Virus record (IMG/VR): IMGVR_UViG_3300042923_000601
Location: 124,001-188,000 of that record
Reading direction: 5' to 3' (one strand)
Length of the DNA stretch: 64,000 nt
The notes under the pieces are model-generated. The model made no database searches. It saw only the letters and a program-made list of their open reading frames with translations, and was not told the origin of the DNA. The position numbers and the translations under genes were made by a program. This document shows positions 38,328-47,800 of the stretch, piece by piece. The number at the start of each line of letters is the position of its first letter. Positions within the stretch are counted from its first letter, which is position 1.

Positions 38328-39057
38328 CCATGATGCCGCCTTTCTTCTGCGACTTTCTAATGATACCACGACGGAGAAGCCCGTCATCTAATTCTTCAGT
38401 TGCAAGTTGATCCACCTCCATATTACATACAAGTAGACGAAGTAATTCTAGACTAGAAATTGACATCTTATTCTTACGATAAAAGGTTTCCTTAGCTTTA
38501 ATAAATTTCGAATTACTAAATAGCTCATTATGCAGTTTACCTAAGAGTTCTTTATCAGGCACTCCATGTACTAAACAATCTTTAAGTCGACGAATACTTT
38601 GCTTGAAGAACTTCTTATCAATACAGTGACTATTCAAATGCAAGAAATGAATATTGTATTTCGAATTCATCAAGAATCGGTGATAGATTTCCTCATATAG
38701 TTCGTGACTAGCTACAGGTTCACCTTTAGCTGTCCGCATAACGCCACCTTTAGAATCTTTAACCCATTGGAATATCCGATACTCTAAAGCTTCTTTTGTG
38801 ATCAAATTGTCGGTAAATAAATTTATGGTATAGGGAGGCTTGACTTTTTCCTTATCGACCTTTTTGATTGCTTGGTCAAAAGCTTCCAGCGCCGATAGAA
38901 TTCCATCAATTTCAGCATGATTCCCAGTTTCTCCTACCATAAACTTGCTACCTGCCGTAATTGTGCGTCCGATTATACATAATTGGTAGGCGCTTGAGCT
39001 GTAGAATTCAGCATCGTGGACGTAGGCCGCGCCGTCGGTGAAAATTTCAAATACCAC
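38296..39057 (-). CDS. rnhA: Ribonuclease HI-like protein
   Basis: IFTDGA, NHAEIDGI, LFTDN, WVKDSKG..RTAKGEPV and HLNSH...NMEVDQLA. Confidence 0.8.
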   Translation of the reverse strand: MVFEIFTDGAAYVHDAEFYSSSAYQLCIIGRTITAGSKFMVGETGNHAEIDGILSALEAFDQAIKKVDKEKVKPPYTINLFTDNLITKEALEYRIFQWVKDSKGGVMRTAKGEPVASHELYEEIYHRFLMNSKYNIHFLHLNSHCIDKKFFKQSIRRLKDCLVHGVPDKELLGKLHNELFSNSKFIKAKETFYRKNKMSISSLELLRLLVCNMEVDQLATEELDDGLLRRGIIRKSQKKGGIMDEKERYQKAE

Positions 39058-39123
39058 TTGTCAGGCCCTCCTTATTGGTTTTTTAGTTCGTGATGTATTT
39101 AGCTTATATGTATGATGGCACAT

Positions 39124-39138
39124 TTATAATATATCACT
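39124..39138 (-). promoter_or_regulatory. Early-type promoter AGTGATATATTATA (coordinates approximate)
   Basis: Upstream of the RNase H gene. Confidence 0.5.
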
Positions 39139-39230
39139 AAAATTGCATATAAAATTCAAAATATTGTCATCTGGCCCAGTAGTTTGGCAATAGAAATAAG
39201 CAAGGGAATTATCTCCCTTGCTTAGCATTA

Positions 39231-39974
39231 CTACATATAGCCCTTATCTCTCTTGATATCATGCAAGACTTTCTCAAATGCATCCACCTTTAGGAAACCA
39301 GGGCACTCATAGTAGAGCATTTTAGGTTTCATGTAATTCGGGATGATGTCTTCGAACTTCTCATACCGGACAGAGAGGTCTTGAAGGTATTCGTAATTTT
39401 CCCGAGTAGAATCCGGAATCCACTTCTTATACTCTTTGTAGAATGCATGGAAGTCCCATGGGTCGTCGATAAATTGTAGCGGTACAAAGACTTCAGGTGC
39501 ATTCTCACTATGAATCAGGGAGTGAGTTGTCTTATCTAGAGGTACTAAGCCGACCTGTCCGGTGAAGTGGAGATACATGACTTCATGTGCAACCTCCAAA
39601 GCATCCAGGCTTTCACCCATTTCTTGACGTTTACGTGCAACTGCATACACAATATCCTCCAGGGTGAACGGTGTGTGGTGAATCTCGATAGAGAACTTCT
39701 TGTCCGCCACATCCTCTATACCCTTGAAGAACATACTTTTATTCATACCACGGTGTACCTTTAAAAAAGGTATGAGCCTGGTCTTGTACTCGAACGACCC
39801 ACGAACGGTCTTCTTATACTCATTCATTGCACGGCGCAGTTCCTTTGGATTATCAAAGTCAAAAGCCGGGTCAAACTCAATAGGTTCAAGACTATCTTCG
39901 TCAATATGCTTAATGACGACCTCATCATGGCTAGTCTCAGCATATGCTTTTAAATCAATTTTTGGGCTTCTCAT
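39231..39974 (-). CDS. HNH-like protein, paralog of 28850-29479
   Basis: Likely start ATG 39974 after AGGAGGAG; IEIHHTP...LVPLDKTTHSLIH; late promoter AACA GCCAAT TA at 40011-40022. Confidence 0.55.
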   Translation of the reverse strand: MRSPKIDLKAYAETSHDEVVIKHIDEDSLEPIEFDPAFDFDNPKELRRAMNEYKKTVRGSFEYKTRLIPFLKVHRGMNKSMFFKGIEDVADKKFSIEIHHTPFTLEDIVYAVARKRQEMGESLDALEVAHEVMYLHFTGQVGLVPLDKTTHSLIHSENAPEVFVPLQFIDDPWDFHAFYKEYKKWIPDSTRENYEYLQDLSVRYEKFEDIIPNYMKPKMLYYECPGFLKVDAFEKVLHDIKRDKGYM

Positions 39975-40092
39975 GGTCAGGACTCTCCTCCTATATAGCG
40001 TAGTTGCCTTTAATTGGCTGTTGGTTAACTCCGGATAGGTTCCATAAACGACAAAAAAGAAGAGAGCCATTTGGCCCTCTTCTACAACGTGA

Positions 40093-40629
40093 TCAATAAT
40101 CGTCGTCATCGTCTTCATTCCTAGTGACGATGACACCAAGCGGGCCCGGATTTGCTGGTGGAATAGTCAGACCAATGTCGTCCAGTCCTTCATCATCCTC
40201 AGCGTCATCATCTTCGTCGTCAGCTTCAGCCGCGTTTTCAGCTGCGCGAGTAGCAAAGAGTTCAAGCTCCTCTTTAGCTGTCTCAAACGAATGATGGAAG
40301 TCCTGTGCTTCGTCAGGGATCAGGTTTGTTCTAATATTAAACACACCATAACCCTGAACGTAGTCGTTCTCCGGAGCCTCAACCGCTTCAGATTCCTCAC
40401 TATAGATGTCGACAACGTCGCCGTCATCATCGACTGTGGCATACAGCGGTCTGGTTTCATACCGGCCACGTCTAGCGTACTTAACCGCCGCATCCTCGTC
40501 GCGATCGAAATCAAGCAAGGTCTCATCGCATGTGCGGCACATTAAAACGACGTTGTCGTCACCATACTGTATGGCCTTGATCTTGTGTCCAACGTGCGGT
40601 TCCAAATCGTAGAATCCTTCCAATGCCAT
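40093..40629 (-). CDS. Highly acidic protein with a putative Zn motif
   Basis: HVGH...CRTC and D/E-rich tracts; early-type promoter at 40676-40689. Confidence 0.65.
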   Translation of the reverse strand: MALEGFYDLEPHVGHKIKAIQYGDDNVVLMCRTCDETLLDFDRDEDAAVKYARRGRYETRPLYATVDDDGDVVDIYSEESEAVEAPENDYVQGYGVFNIRTNLIPDEAQDFHHSFETAKEELELFATRAAENAAEADDEDDDAEDDEGLDDIGLTIPPANPGPLGVIVTRNEDDDDDY

Positions 40630-40693
40630 TGTTCATCCCATCCTTTTGTCTAAGATTTTGTGGTCTTACTTTGATTATAATATATAACTATAA

Positions 40694-41353
40694 TCACAGA
40701 ATAATTTGAAATGACTGTGGTACAGTCGGGTTAGCGATAAGTTCCCTGAACGCCCTGATGATATGTGCAGTATCATCCTGGCTGAACTCAATAGTACCAT
40801 AAAGTTCCGATTGTACCTTCAGTGTGAAGGTAGTGCCCTCAATCTGTGGCTCTCGAATAAAGTCCATCCACTTATGCCGATGCATCGTTTCGAGGAAATG
40901 GAATGAATCTGCGTCAACTTGAAAATCAATGGTGTTGACAGTCGGTACCAACGTCGGGTCACTCTGAATAGGTAAGTCACGCACGGTTAATGTCACCGTT
41001 ACGACGCCGTCTTCGATTGGCATTCCAGCAGCCGTATTAACTACGTTAGAAAAGCTATGCGGTGCAATCCCGTCTTCCTGAATTGATTGGATAACGGGCT
41101 GCATGACGTTTATATGGCGAACAAGCTGATTCAAAAACGCTGGAGTCACGTCAATCTTAATTTGATCATCCGTCAGTCGTTCCCCTGTAATAAGCTGGGT
41201 TTCTCCAAGACCAAGTTGACTCGTGTCAAATGGTCGCAGGATGTCTAATGCCTCTTCTGGTGTAACAGCATGGGTCTCACGGTGTAATGCACCGCATTTA
41301 CTTGCAAAATCAACAAGAAGCGTAAATTCCTCATTATTTACAGTAATCTGCAT
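40694..41353 (-). CDS. Hypothetical protein (219 aa)
   Basis: AAGGAGG RBS. Confidence 0.65.
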   Translation of the reverse strand: MQITVNNEEFTLLVDFASKCGALHRETHAVTPEEALDILRPFDTSQLGLGETQLITGERLTDDQIKIDVTPAFLNQLVRHINVMQPVIQSIQEDGIAPHSFSNVVNTAAGMPIEDGVVTVTLTVRDLPIQSDPTLVPTVNTIDFQVDADSFHFLETMHRHKWMDFIREPQIEGTTFTLKVQSELYGTIEFSQDDTAHIIRAFRELIANPTVPQSFQIIL

Positions 41354-41371
41354 GTGTCATTTTCCTCCTTA

Positions 41372-41938
41372 TTATATTCTGCTCACTGTAAGATCAAATA
41401 CTATACCAGAGTATAATGCGCTCGACATTGATGCATCCTTGGTATACATATGATCTTCGATCTCGTACTTGATCAGAATCTGATTGATATCCGACTCTGT
41501 GATAAAGACATCCCGGAAATGAGTAGGTGTGAGGTCATCGTTATGGTCTTCCAAATATTCCCTGAGGGTCTCATAGAAATTCGAATAGCCCTCAGCGTTA
41601 TCGTTATAAAGGACGTACTGGATTTCATCATCCTCCATTTTCAGATAATCTGTGATGATATCTGCGATCTCAGCAGCGATGTTCTCATCACCCTGGGCGT
41701 TCTGGATGGTCACGCTGACTGTCACGTCAGAGTTAAAGAATCTGGAGTCAGTTTCTTCAGTGATGATATCCTGGAGGATACCTTGGATATTAGAAGTATC
41801 CACATTAGGCCCAACCAGATTGAAGGCTCTGACATATGGACCGTGCATAATCAGAATAGCAACTTCTTGAACTTCCTCATTGTCGTCCATCGACGCATAG
41901 ATAACAGCTTTTGGAACTCTTGTGATTGGTAGTTTCAT
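41372..41938 (-). CDS. Hypothetical acidic protein (188 aa)
   Basis: Overlaps the upstream stop (ATGA); AGGAG RBS. Confidence 0.65.
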   Translation of the reverse strand: MKLPITRVPKAVIYASMDDNEEVQEVAILIMHGPYVRAFNLVGPNVDTSNIQGILQDIITEETDSRFFNSDVTVSVTIQNAQGDENIAAEIADIITDYLKMEDDEIQYVLYNDNAEGYSNFYETLREYLEDHNDDLTPTHFRDVFITESDINQILIKYEIEDHMYTKDASMSSALYSGIVFDLTVSRI

Positions 41939-42933
41939 CTTCGATCATCTCCTAGTATAATATATGACATATTGCTATCAATACGAAGCATCGTCCATAC
42001 CAGATCACTGATGGTCTTAGTATACGTCTTGGCTGGAGGCTCTGCATGATACTCAAACAACTCTGCCATCTCACTGAATGAAATAGAGATAAAAGCGTCA
42101 ACCATTACGGATGATGGCAAGACGGCATCTAGTACCGACTTAGACCGTTTACGTGACCGAACGAACCGTGTGATAAATCGAAGGACTCGATTCGTATTGA
42201 CATCTATCTGGACACGGTCGGAGTCAAGGTTTGCATCCGGTGTAAGATCACTAAGCCGAAGTGTGGTTGGTGTCTCCGTGATAAAAGCATCATCAGATTC
42301 AAACCGAATCCCTTGGTGGGTACAATAGTCATTAGCGACAACGTTATATCCATCCAGTACAAGATCACGGTAGATATACTGAGGAACTTTTAACTGAATC
42401 GTTACGGAAAAGAGATAGCTCAGTTCTTCTCTGGATAATTCGGATGCACTGAGTGCGGCCAAGAAATCTCGACCCAGCGTCCGCATGTCGTTAAGGATGT
42501 TATGTGCGAAGTTAGATTGATAATGGAATTCGGTGTCTTTCGATTTCCATTCTCCCCCGCTTATCGGGTCTTTCCGGGCATTGATGAAACGAGTGGTTTG
42601 AGACAACCGTGACAACTGATACGCGATATCATTGGTTTCCGCCATTTGGATAATATCCTCATAGGCACCAACTGTCACGCTCATGTAGTAGTGGTTATCC
42701 GTCTCAACCAACTTAATGTATTGCCGGTGAGGCGACTTAATATTCATGATCTGAAGAAGTTCGGTTGAAAGGTATTCATCTTCCCGTTTTGGGATTTCGA
42801 CAATAAGTAACAGGTGGCGGTAGCTGCGACTATCATGCTCGCTAATATCATCCAGACCATATTTATTGGCCAGTATACGGGAGATATAGGAGCTAATATT
42901 CCTACCATTTGGGGTAAAATACAGCAATTTCAT
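41935..42933 (-). CDS. ThyX-fold-like protein lacking the catalytic RHRx7SxR motif
   Basis: FSVTIQLKVPQYIYRDL and KSVLDAVLPSS...FISISFSEMAELFEYHAEPPAK mirror the ThyX FTFxxKAPIFVARQ and ARxVLP...NxRxLxxFxxLRxxxxAQ segments. Confidence 0.45.
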   Translation of the reverse strand: MKLLYFTPNGRNISSYISRILANKYGLDDISEHDSRSYRHLLLIVEIPKREDEYLSTELLQIMNIKSPHRQYIKLVETDNHYYMSVTVGAYEDIIQMAETNDIAYQLSRLSQTTRFINARKDPISGGEWKSKDTEFHYQSNFAHNILNDMRTLGRDFLAALSASELSREELSYLFSVTIQLKVPQYIYRDLVLDGYNVVANDYCTHQGIRFESDDAFITETPTTLRLSDLTPDANLDSDRVQIDVNTNRVLRFITRFVRSRKRSKSVLDAVLPSSVMVDAFISISFSEMAELFEYHAEPPAKTYTKTISDLVWTMLRIDSNMSYIILGDDRR

Positions 42934-43024
42934 TAGTGATCCTCCTTTAATATTCCGGTAAAGTTATCCTATTCTGATGTCGTATTTGGAATTAGTTACT
43001 ATTGCCGTAATTACCTTGATTTCG

Positions 43025-43037
43025 GGTTATATATCAT
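43025..43037 (+). promoter_or_regulatory. Early-type promoter variant GGTTATATATCAT
   Basis: Upstream of 43075. Confidence 0.45.
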
Positions 43038-43074
43038 CTACGTAGAAACCAATACAAATTAGGAGGAATTTAAT

Positions 43075-43710
43075 ATGTCAACAGTAAAAATCTCTCGTGA
43101 AAACCGCAAAGGTCCAGTTGGATATGCAGCTCGTATTTACAAGGTGGTAGAAGAAGGACATCAAGCAGGACGGTCACCTCGGAAAATTTCCAAGTCCGTT
43201 CGCGAAATCCTTGGGCAGGTGAAAGAAAAGGACATGGCTGAAACTGCCACGCTTCTATTCGATGATCTGCTGGTCGATCACGACCTCTACACCTTGTTCG
43301 CACGGGTACAAGCCAATCTGGAAGTTGAAGCTTTCACTGAGAAATTCAGAGCACTGCAAGCCAATGCCGAGAAAGCCCCACTCTTCAAGGTTAACGGCTA
43401 TGACTTCACTGACAAGGATGGGGTGAAAGCTGCTGCCCGTACTGAGGCTAAGGCTGATGGTGCTGATGATATGTGGGCAGCTGAGGATGAAGAATCTGAA
43501 GAACCACGCGTTGTCCTGACCAATACGAAGAAAGACGGCGTAGAAAAAGAAGACAAGAAGCCGAACTTCTTCACGATGGATAAGGAAGAACGTAACGCTC
43601 TGATCAAAGAAGAGCTGGAACTGCGTCCTCGTATCATCAAAGCCAAAATTGACACACAGGCTCGGATGTCATGGTTCCACCTGAAACATGCATTTGGTTT
43701 CAAAGGATAA
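43075..43710 (+). CDS. Hypothetical charged protein (211 aa)
   Basis: AGGAGG RBS; terminator at 43710-43734. Confidence 0.7.
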   Translation: MSTVKISRENRKGPVGYAARIYKVVEEGHQAGRSPRKISKSVREILGQVKEKDMAETATLLFDDLLVDHDLYTLFARVQANLEVEAFTEKFRALQANAEKAPLFKVNGYDFTDKDGVKAAARTEAKADGADDMWAAEDEESEEPRVVLTNTKKDGVEKEDKKPNFFTMDKEERNALIKEELELRPRIIKAKIDTQARMSWFHLKHAFGFKG

Positions 43711-43801
43711 AGAAGGAGGACTTTCCTCCTTCTTCTTTTTTGTACAAAAGTATCGCTTAAACTACGATGTGATATGAAATTTATAGAGGCGGTGTTTATT
43801 A

Positions 43802-44191
43802 ATGGGTAATTATCAGGTATCATTCGACAAAGACGCGGATTTGGAACTCGTTGAAAAGCAGCTTGCTAAGCTGGTAGAGGAGTGGACCGAAGAGTCCGGT
43901 GATAACTGGGTGATTTCGACTGGGTTCCTCCCACGGAAAGTTATCGAAGCTAAGGGATGGTCAACGGCGATCCACGACATGTTCGATCGTGTTATCCCGG
44001 AAGGTCACATTCTGCATGTGAACCAATCGTTTGAAACGCTGGAAGAATGCATGGCTAATCTTGAAGAGACCCGGCGTATCATTGCAAATGGAACAACTCG
44101 GCTGTATGTACTGGGTACGAAGTTGAACCCTGGTGTAGTAGCTGAAATCAATGCACGTGCATCCGGCTCAATCTTCTTCCCATCGGTTTAA
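43802..44191 (+). CDS. Hypothetical protein (129 aa)
   Basis: GAGGCGG RBS; terminator at 44200-44223. Confidence 0.65.
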   Translation: MGNYQVSFDKDADLELVEKQLAKLVEEWTEESGDNWVISTGFLPRKVIEAKGWSTAIHDMFDRVIPEGHILHVNQSFETLEECMANLEETRRIIANGTTRLYVLGTKLNPGVVAEINARASGSIFFPSV

Positions 44192-44228
44192 CGTAGAAAA
44201 GAGACTACCTCACGGTAGTCTCTGTTTT

Positions 44229-44789
44229 TTATGAAATCATGAGTTTATCATAGCAAGCCTTGACGACGCGAGCGTCGTGCAGCGCGTTACGTTTATTGCC
44301 CGGTACACAGTGATCCACGAAGTCTTCGCGTGTGACATCAGGGTCAACGCCTTTCGTAGTCATCAGTGTACAAATATCCATTGGGATATATGAAATCTGT
44401 CTTGGGATTGCATATTCGGGTGCCCACAGTTCCCGGAAAAGTGTCCAATCATAGTTAAGGCAATCCGACCATACGGTGACACCACCTGTATCGACGTCTT
44501 TTGCCACTCTGTTGATCCACTCTCCAAGTTTTGTACGCACGAACCGTTTATGCCCCTTATACCAGAGCGTGTCACCCTGATCTTTTACCCACACTTCACC
44601 GTCGCTGTCATTCATGACAAGATTGTCAATGACATTAGTCAGCAGCCAAGTGTCACCAGCTACATGATCGCGATTGTAGTCGGTAAGTTCCGCATAAAAA
44701 CTTTTACCGGTTTCGGTTACAAACCCAATACTAACCAGAGTCGTATCTTGACGTAGCCCTGTGTATTGAGCTCGCATAAATAAATTCAT
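44229..44789 (-). CDS. DEDDh 3'-5' exo(ribo)nuclease-like protein (Rv2179c/DUF5051-type) with substituted catalytic residues
   Basis: TGLRQDTTLVSIGFVTETGKSFYAE, DCLNYDW, PMDICT and NALHDAR; the usual DTEF reads RAQY and HNAL reads RNAL. Confidence 0.7.
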   Translation of the reverse strand: MNLFMRAQYTGLRQDTTLVSIGFVTETGKSFYAELTDYNRDHVAGDTWLLTNVIDNLVMNDSDGEVWVKDQGDTLWYKGHKRFVRTKLGEWINRVAKDVDTGGVTVWSDCLNYDWTLFRELWAPEYAIPRQISYIPMDICTLMTTKGVDPDVTREDFVDHCVPGNKRNALHDARVVKACYDKLMIS

Positions 44790-44818
44790 CTAAATCCATC
44801 CTCTCAAATTGTGAATAT

Positions 44819-44838
44819 GGCGGAGGTTGTCCTCCGCC
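44819..44838 (-). terminator. Hairpin after RNAP beta
   Basis: GGCGGAGG / CCTCCGCC. Confidence 0.55.
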
Positions 44839-44846
44839 CATCTATC

Positions 44847-47800
44847 TTATAGTTCCTCTCCATATATTTCCTGATACATCTTAGCAGTATTTTTCTTGGC
44901 CCCAATCAAGATACCGTTAATCATAGAGGTCTTGATCAAGCTAAGAACCATACGTGCTCCGACCGAAATAACCCCGATATACGCATCAATCTTGTCGTTA
45001 GGATCGCTAAGCAAATAGGGTTCTTCGCCTTCCTTGAACACGTCACAGGCGATTGCTTTGGTTGCAACGAATGAAGTCAGCTTATCACCAACGCCGAAAA
45101 CGTCTCTATACTTAGTGTAGATTTCAATCAGGAGACCTTCACCTACACGAGTACCTTTGACCTTTCCTGTGGCATCAGGCGTAACTTGCTCGACTTCAGT
45201 GAGGGTTACATCCAGCATTTTAGCATCAATACCCGTTTCCTTAGATACCCGGCGGAGTACTTTCGCATTTTCTGCTTCGTAGTAGTCGATGACCTTACGG
45301 GCAGATTCAGATAGTTCTTCCTTTGGAACGGTGTAATAAATCTTGATATCCTCGATTACGCCGTTGTGTTTGGATACAACTGGTGTCTTAGACGCTTCCT
45401 TGATATCTCCGCTGAACTCATCTGACATTTTAGCCAGCATTTTATTCGTCAGTTCATCATCATGGGACGTATCGAATATGATCAGAGGGTCGTTAACCTT
45501 GATTTCCTGACCCTTCTTAACGATATAGTCGATATTCGAGTTCCGACCAAGTGTGAGCGGTCTCTTTACAACGATATCCGAACTCATCTTACCAGCTAGT
45601 GGCGTGGATACGATAGTTGAATCCTCGAATACCTTGGAGGAGTACCGGATAGCAATACGGGCAAGTGGTCCTGTCATAGTGACAGGGTTACCTGTACGTT
45701 TGTCAATTGTGAAGAAGTCCTTATTGCAAGCAACAATGGCTCCTTCTTTAAAGGATGCACCAGCCTCAAGTATAGGGGAGAGTTTATTGGAGATGAAGAA
45801 TCCACTACCAGCATTCTTACCCATATCTGGACTGAGGTTAACCGTGTCAATTGTACCGTCCCCATACTTCAAAATCATGGTATGCGAGACGTCATCAATT
45901 TTCAGGATTGTACCGTCTTTTTTAGCTTTGAATACGAAGGTATCCCCGATGATATGCGGGAGGACCTTTTCATATCCCGTTCCAAGTGGAGCACGTTCAC
46001 TACCAACGCAAGCCAAGGTATGACGGCTTTGCGCTGAGGTCATTGCTGTACGTTCAGGGTCATCAGATGACACACCAAACGGGATCAATGATTCGGCAGC
46101 ACTAATCATCTTAGCCGTAGACAGTTGGTTGATCTCGTCTTTATTCTGAGCTACTTTGATGTAACCGCGAGCCGATGTGATATTTGCGTCCAGTGTCAAG
46201 GTACGTGCGATACCAATCGAACCCGAGATCGGGGACGCCTGACTGAGTACGCCGACCATACTCGGATGGTATGAACGTTTCGACAGGTTAAAGGCTCGGT
46301 CTTGGTTCATACCGCCGATACCTTTCCAAGTCGTGGAGGATTTAAGTTCGGCTGTGTAGATTGGGTTAAGGTCAGAGTAGTCTTTGGTTAATTGGTTAGA
46401 CAAGATGTCGACCAATACCGCGTCTTTACGAACTGACATCTTAACCGGGTTAGGATTGTTAGCTGTAAACCGGTACGTTTGGTATGCCTTAGCCAGTGCC
46501 TTATATAAGAAGGCGACCACGGCCTCATTCGACCGCGCCCGGTGAACACTCATGTCACCATCATCTGTCATTGAGTTATCTTCAAGCAGCATGTTAGCAT
46601 ACAGGAAAATGTCAATGAAGTTTGTTGGTAGACCATAGTCGCGGAGTACTTCTTCAGTAACGGGGTCAATCAGCAATTGCTGGAAGTTCTCAAACGCATA
46701 CCCGATATTCTTCCGACCAAAGAGGTTCTCGAAGAGTTCAAAGTACACATCCTTACCCAGAAACTCTTGAATCTTGTAAATCTTCGTTGGGATTTCACAG
46801 AAGCCGTTCATAAGAAGAGAGTTTCTCAGTGGATACATTGGGTATACCAACCAAGCATCTTCAAACTCAATGGCTTCTTCTTCGCCAGACTTAAGGTCAA
46901 GCGCCTTTTTACCATCCTCTTTAGCTATGATGCGGTAGTTGATCTCGGCACGCTTCATCATGGAGAGTAACCCATCAAGGAAGGAAAGAAGGAGAGCGAC
47001 AGGAACTTTCTTTTCCATGATTTTTGCCCGGTTATACATATACTTACGACCTGGACGGATATTCGCGAACGGTTTCTCAAACTCTGGGTTGGTTTTCCCG
47101 ATCTCAGAGATCACGAAGTCCATAAGCTGCATGTTGGTACCTTCAACCTTACTGGACTCCGTATCCAGATAGATAATATCCTTACCGTTACGGATCGCGA
47201 TAGGAAGCTTCGTGCTGGTTGCTTCAGGCACAGGCTTCTTCATATCAGCCAGTAACTGGCGGATGAACTTCTGGTTGAAGAAGATTTCGATATTCGGTGT
47301 TTTGATACGGCGATATTTAGTAGCCAGTTCATCATACTCAATGGTGCGGATGTACTCCCGGTTTGCACGAGTGGATTCACCGACTTCGACCTTTACATCT
47401 TTATGCCGGTTCTCACCAATCGACTTCAGGAATACCGCAACCTTAGGAGAGATAGACTGGCCAAACCGCTGAATGAATACCTTTTGATAGGTTGCAATCT
47501 GGACAGTATCCGGCCCGGTTTTCGTGATCGGGAGAGGAATGATCTGATTGGACATGATCTTCTTATTCCCGCCGACCTTGAGGAATCGACCGTTGATAAA
47601 TTTAGGCATGTTAACCACCACAGTGTGGCGACGGCCAGCCTCATCTTCAAACTTGTACGTATGCTCTTCCAGCGAGTTCAGGGAATCACTGATGTCTTTG
47701 ATCTCAGCATCAATGAGATACAGAGGATGATCCTTATACTGGAACGAGCTAACGATCTTAGCGATGTCGGCACGATACAGCTTTTTCAGGTAGGCTTCAT

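Noticed and set aside
40001-40139. Track start of the 302-aa ORF at 40139
   Set aside because: It overlaps the upstream gene and a terminator-like hairpin; the RBS and late promoter support a start at 39974.
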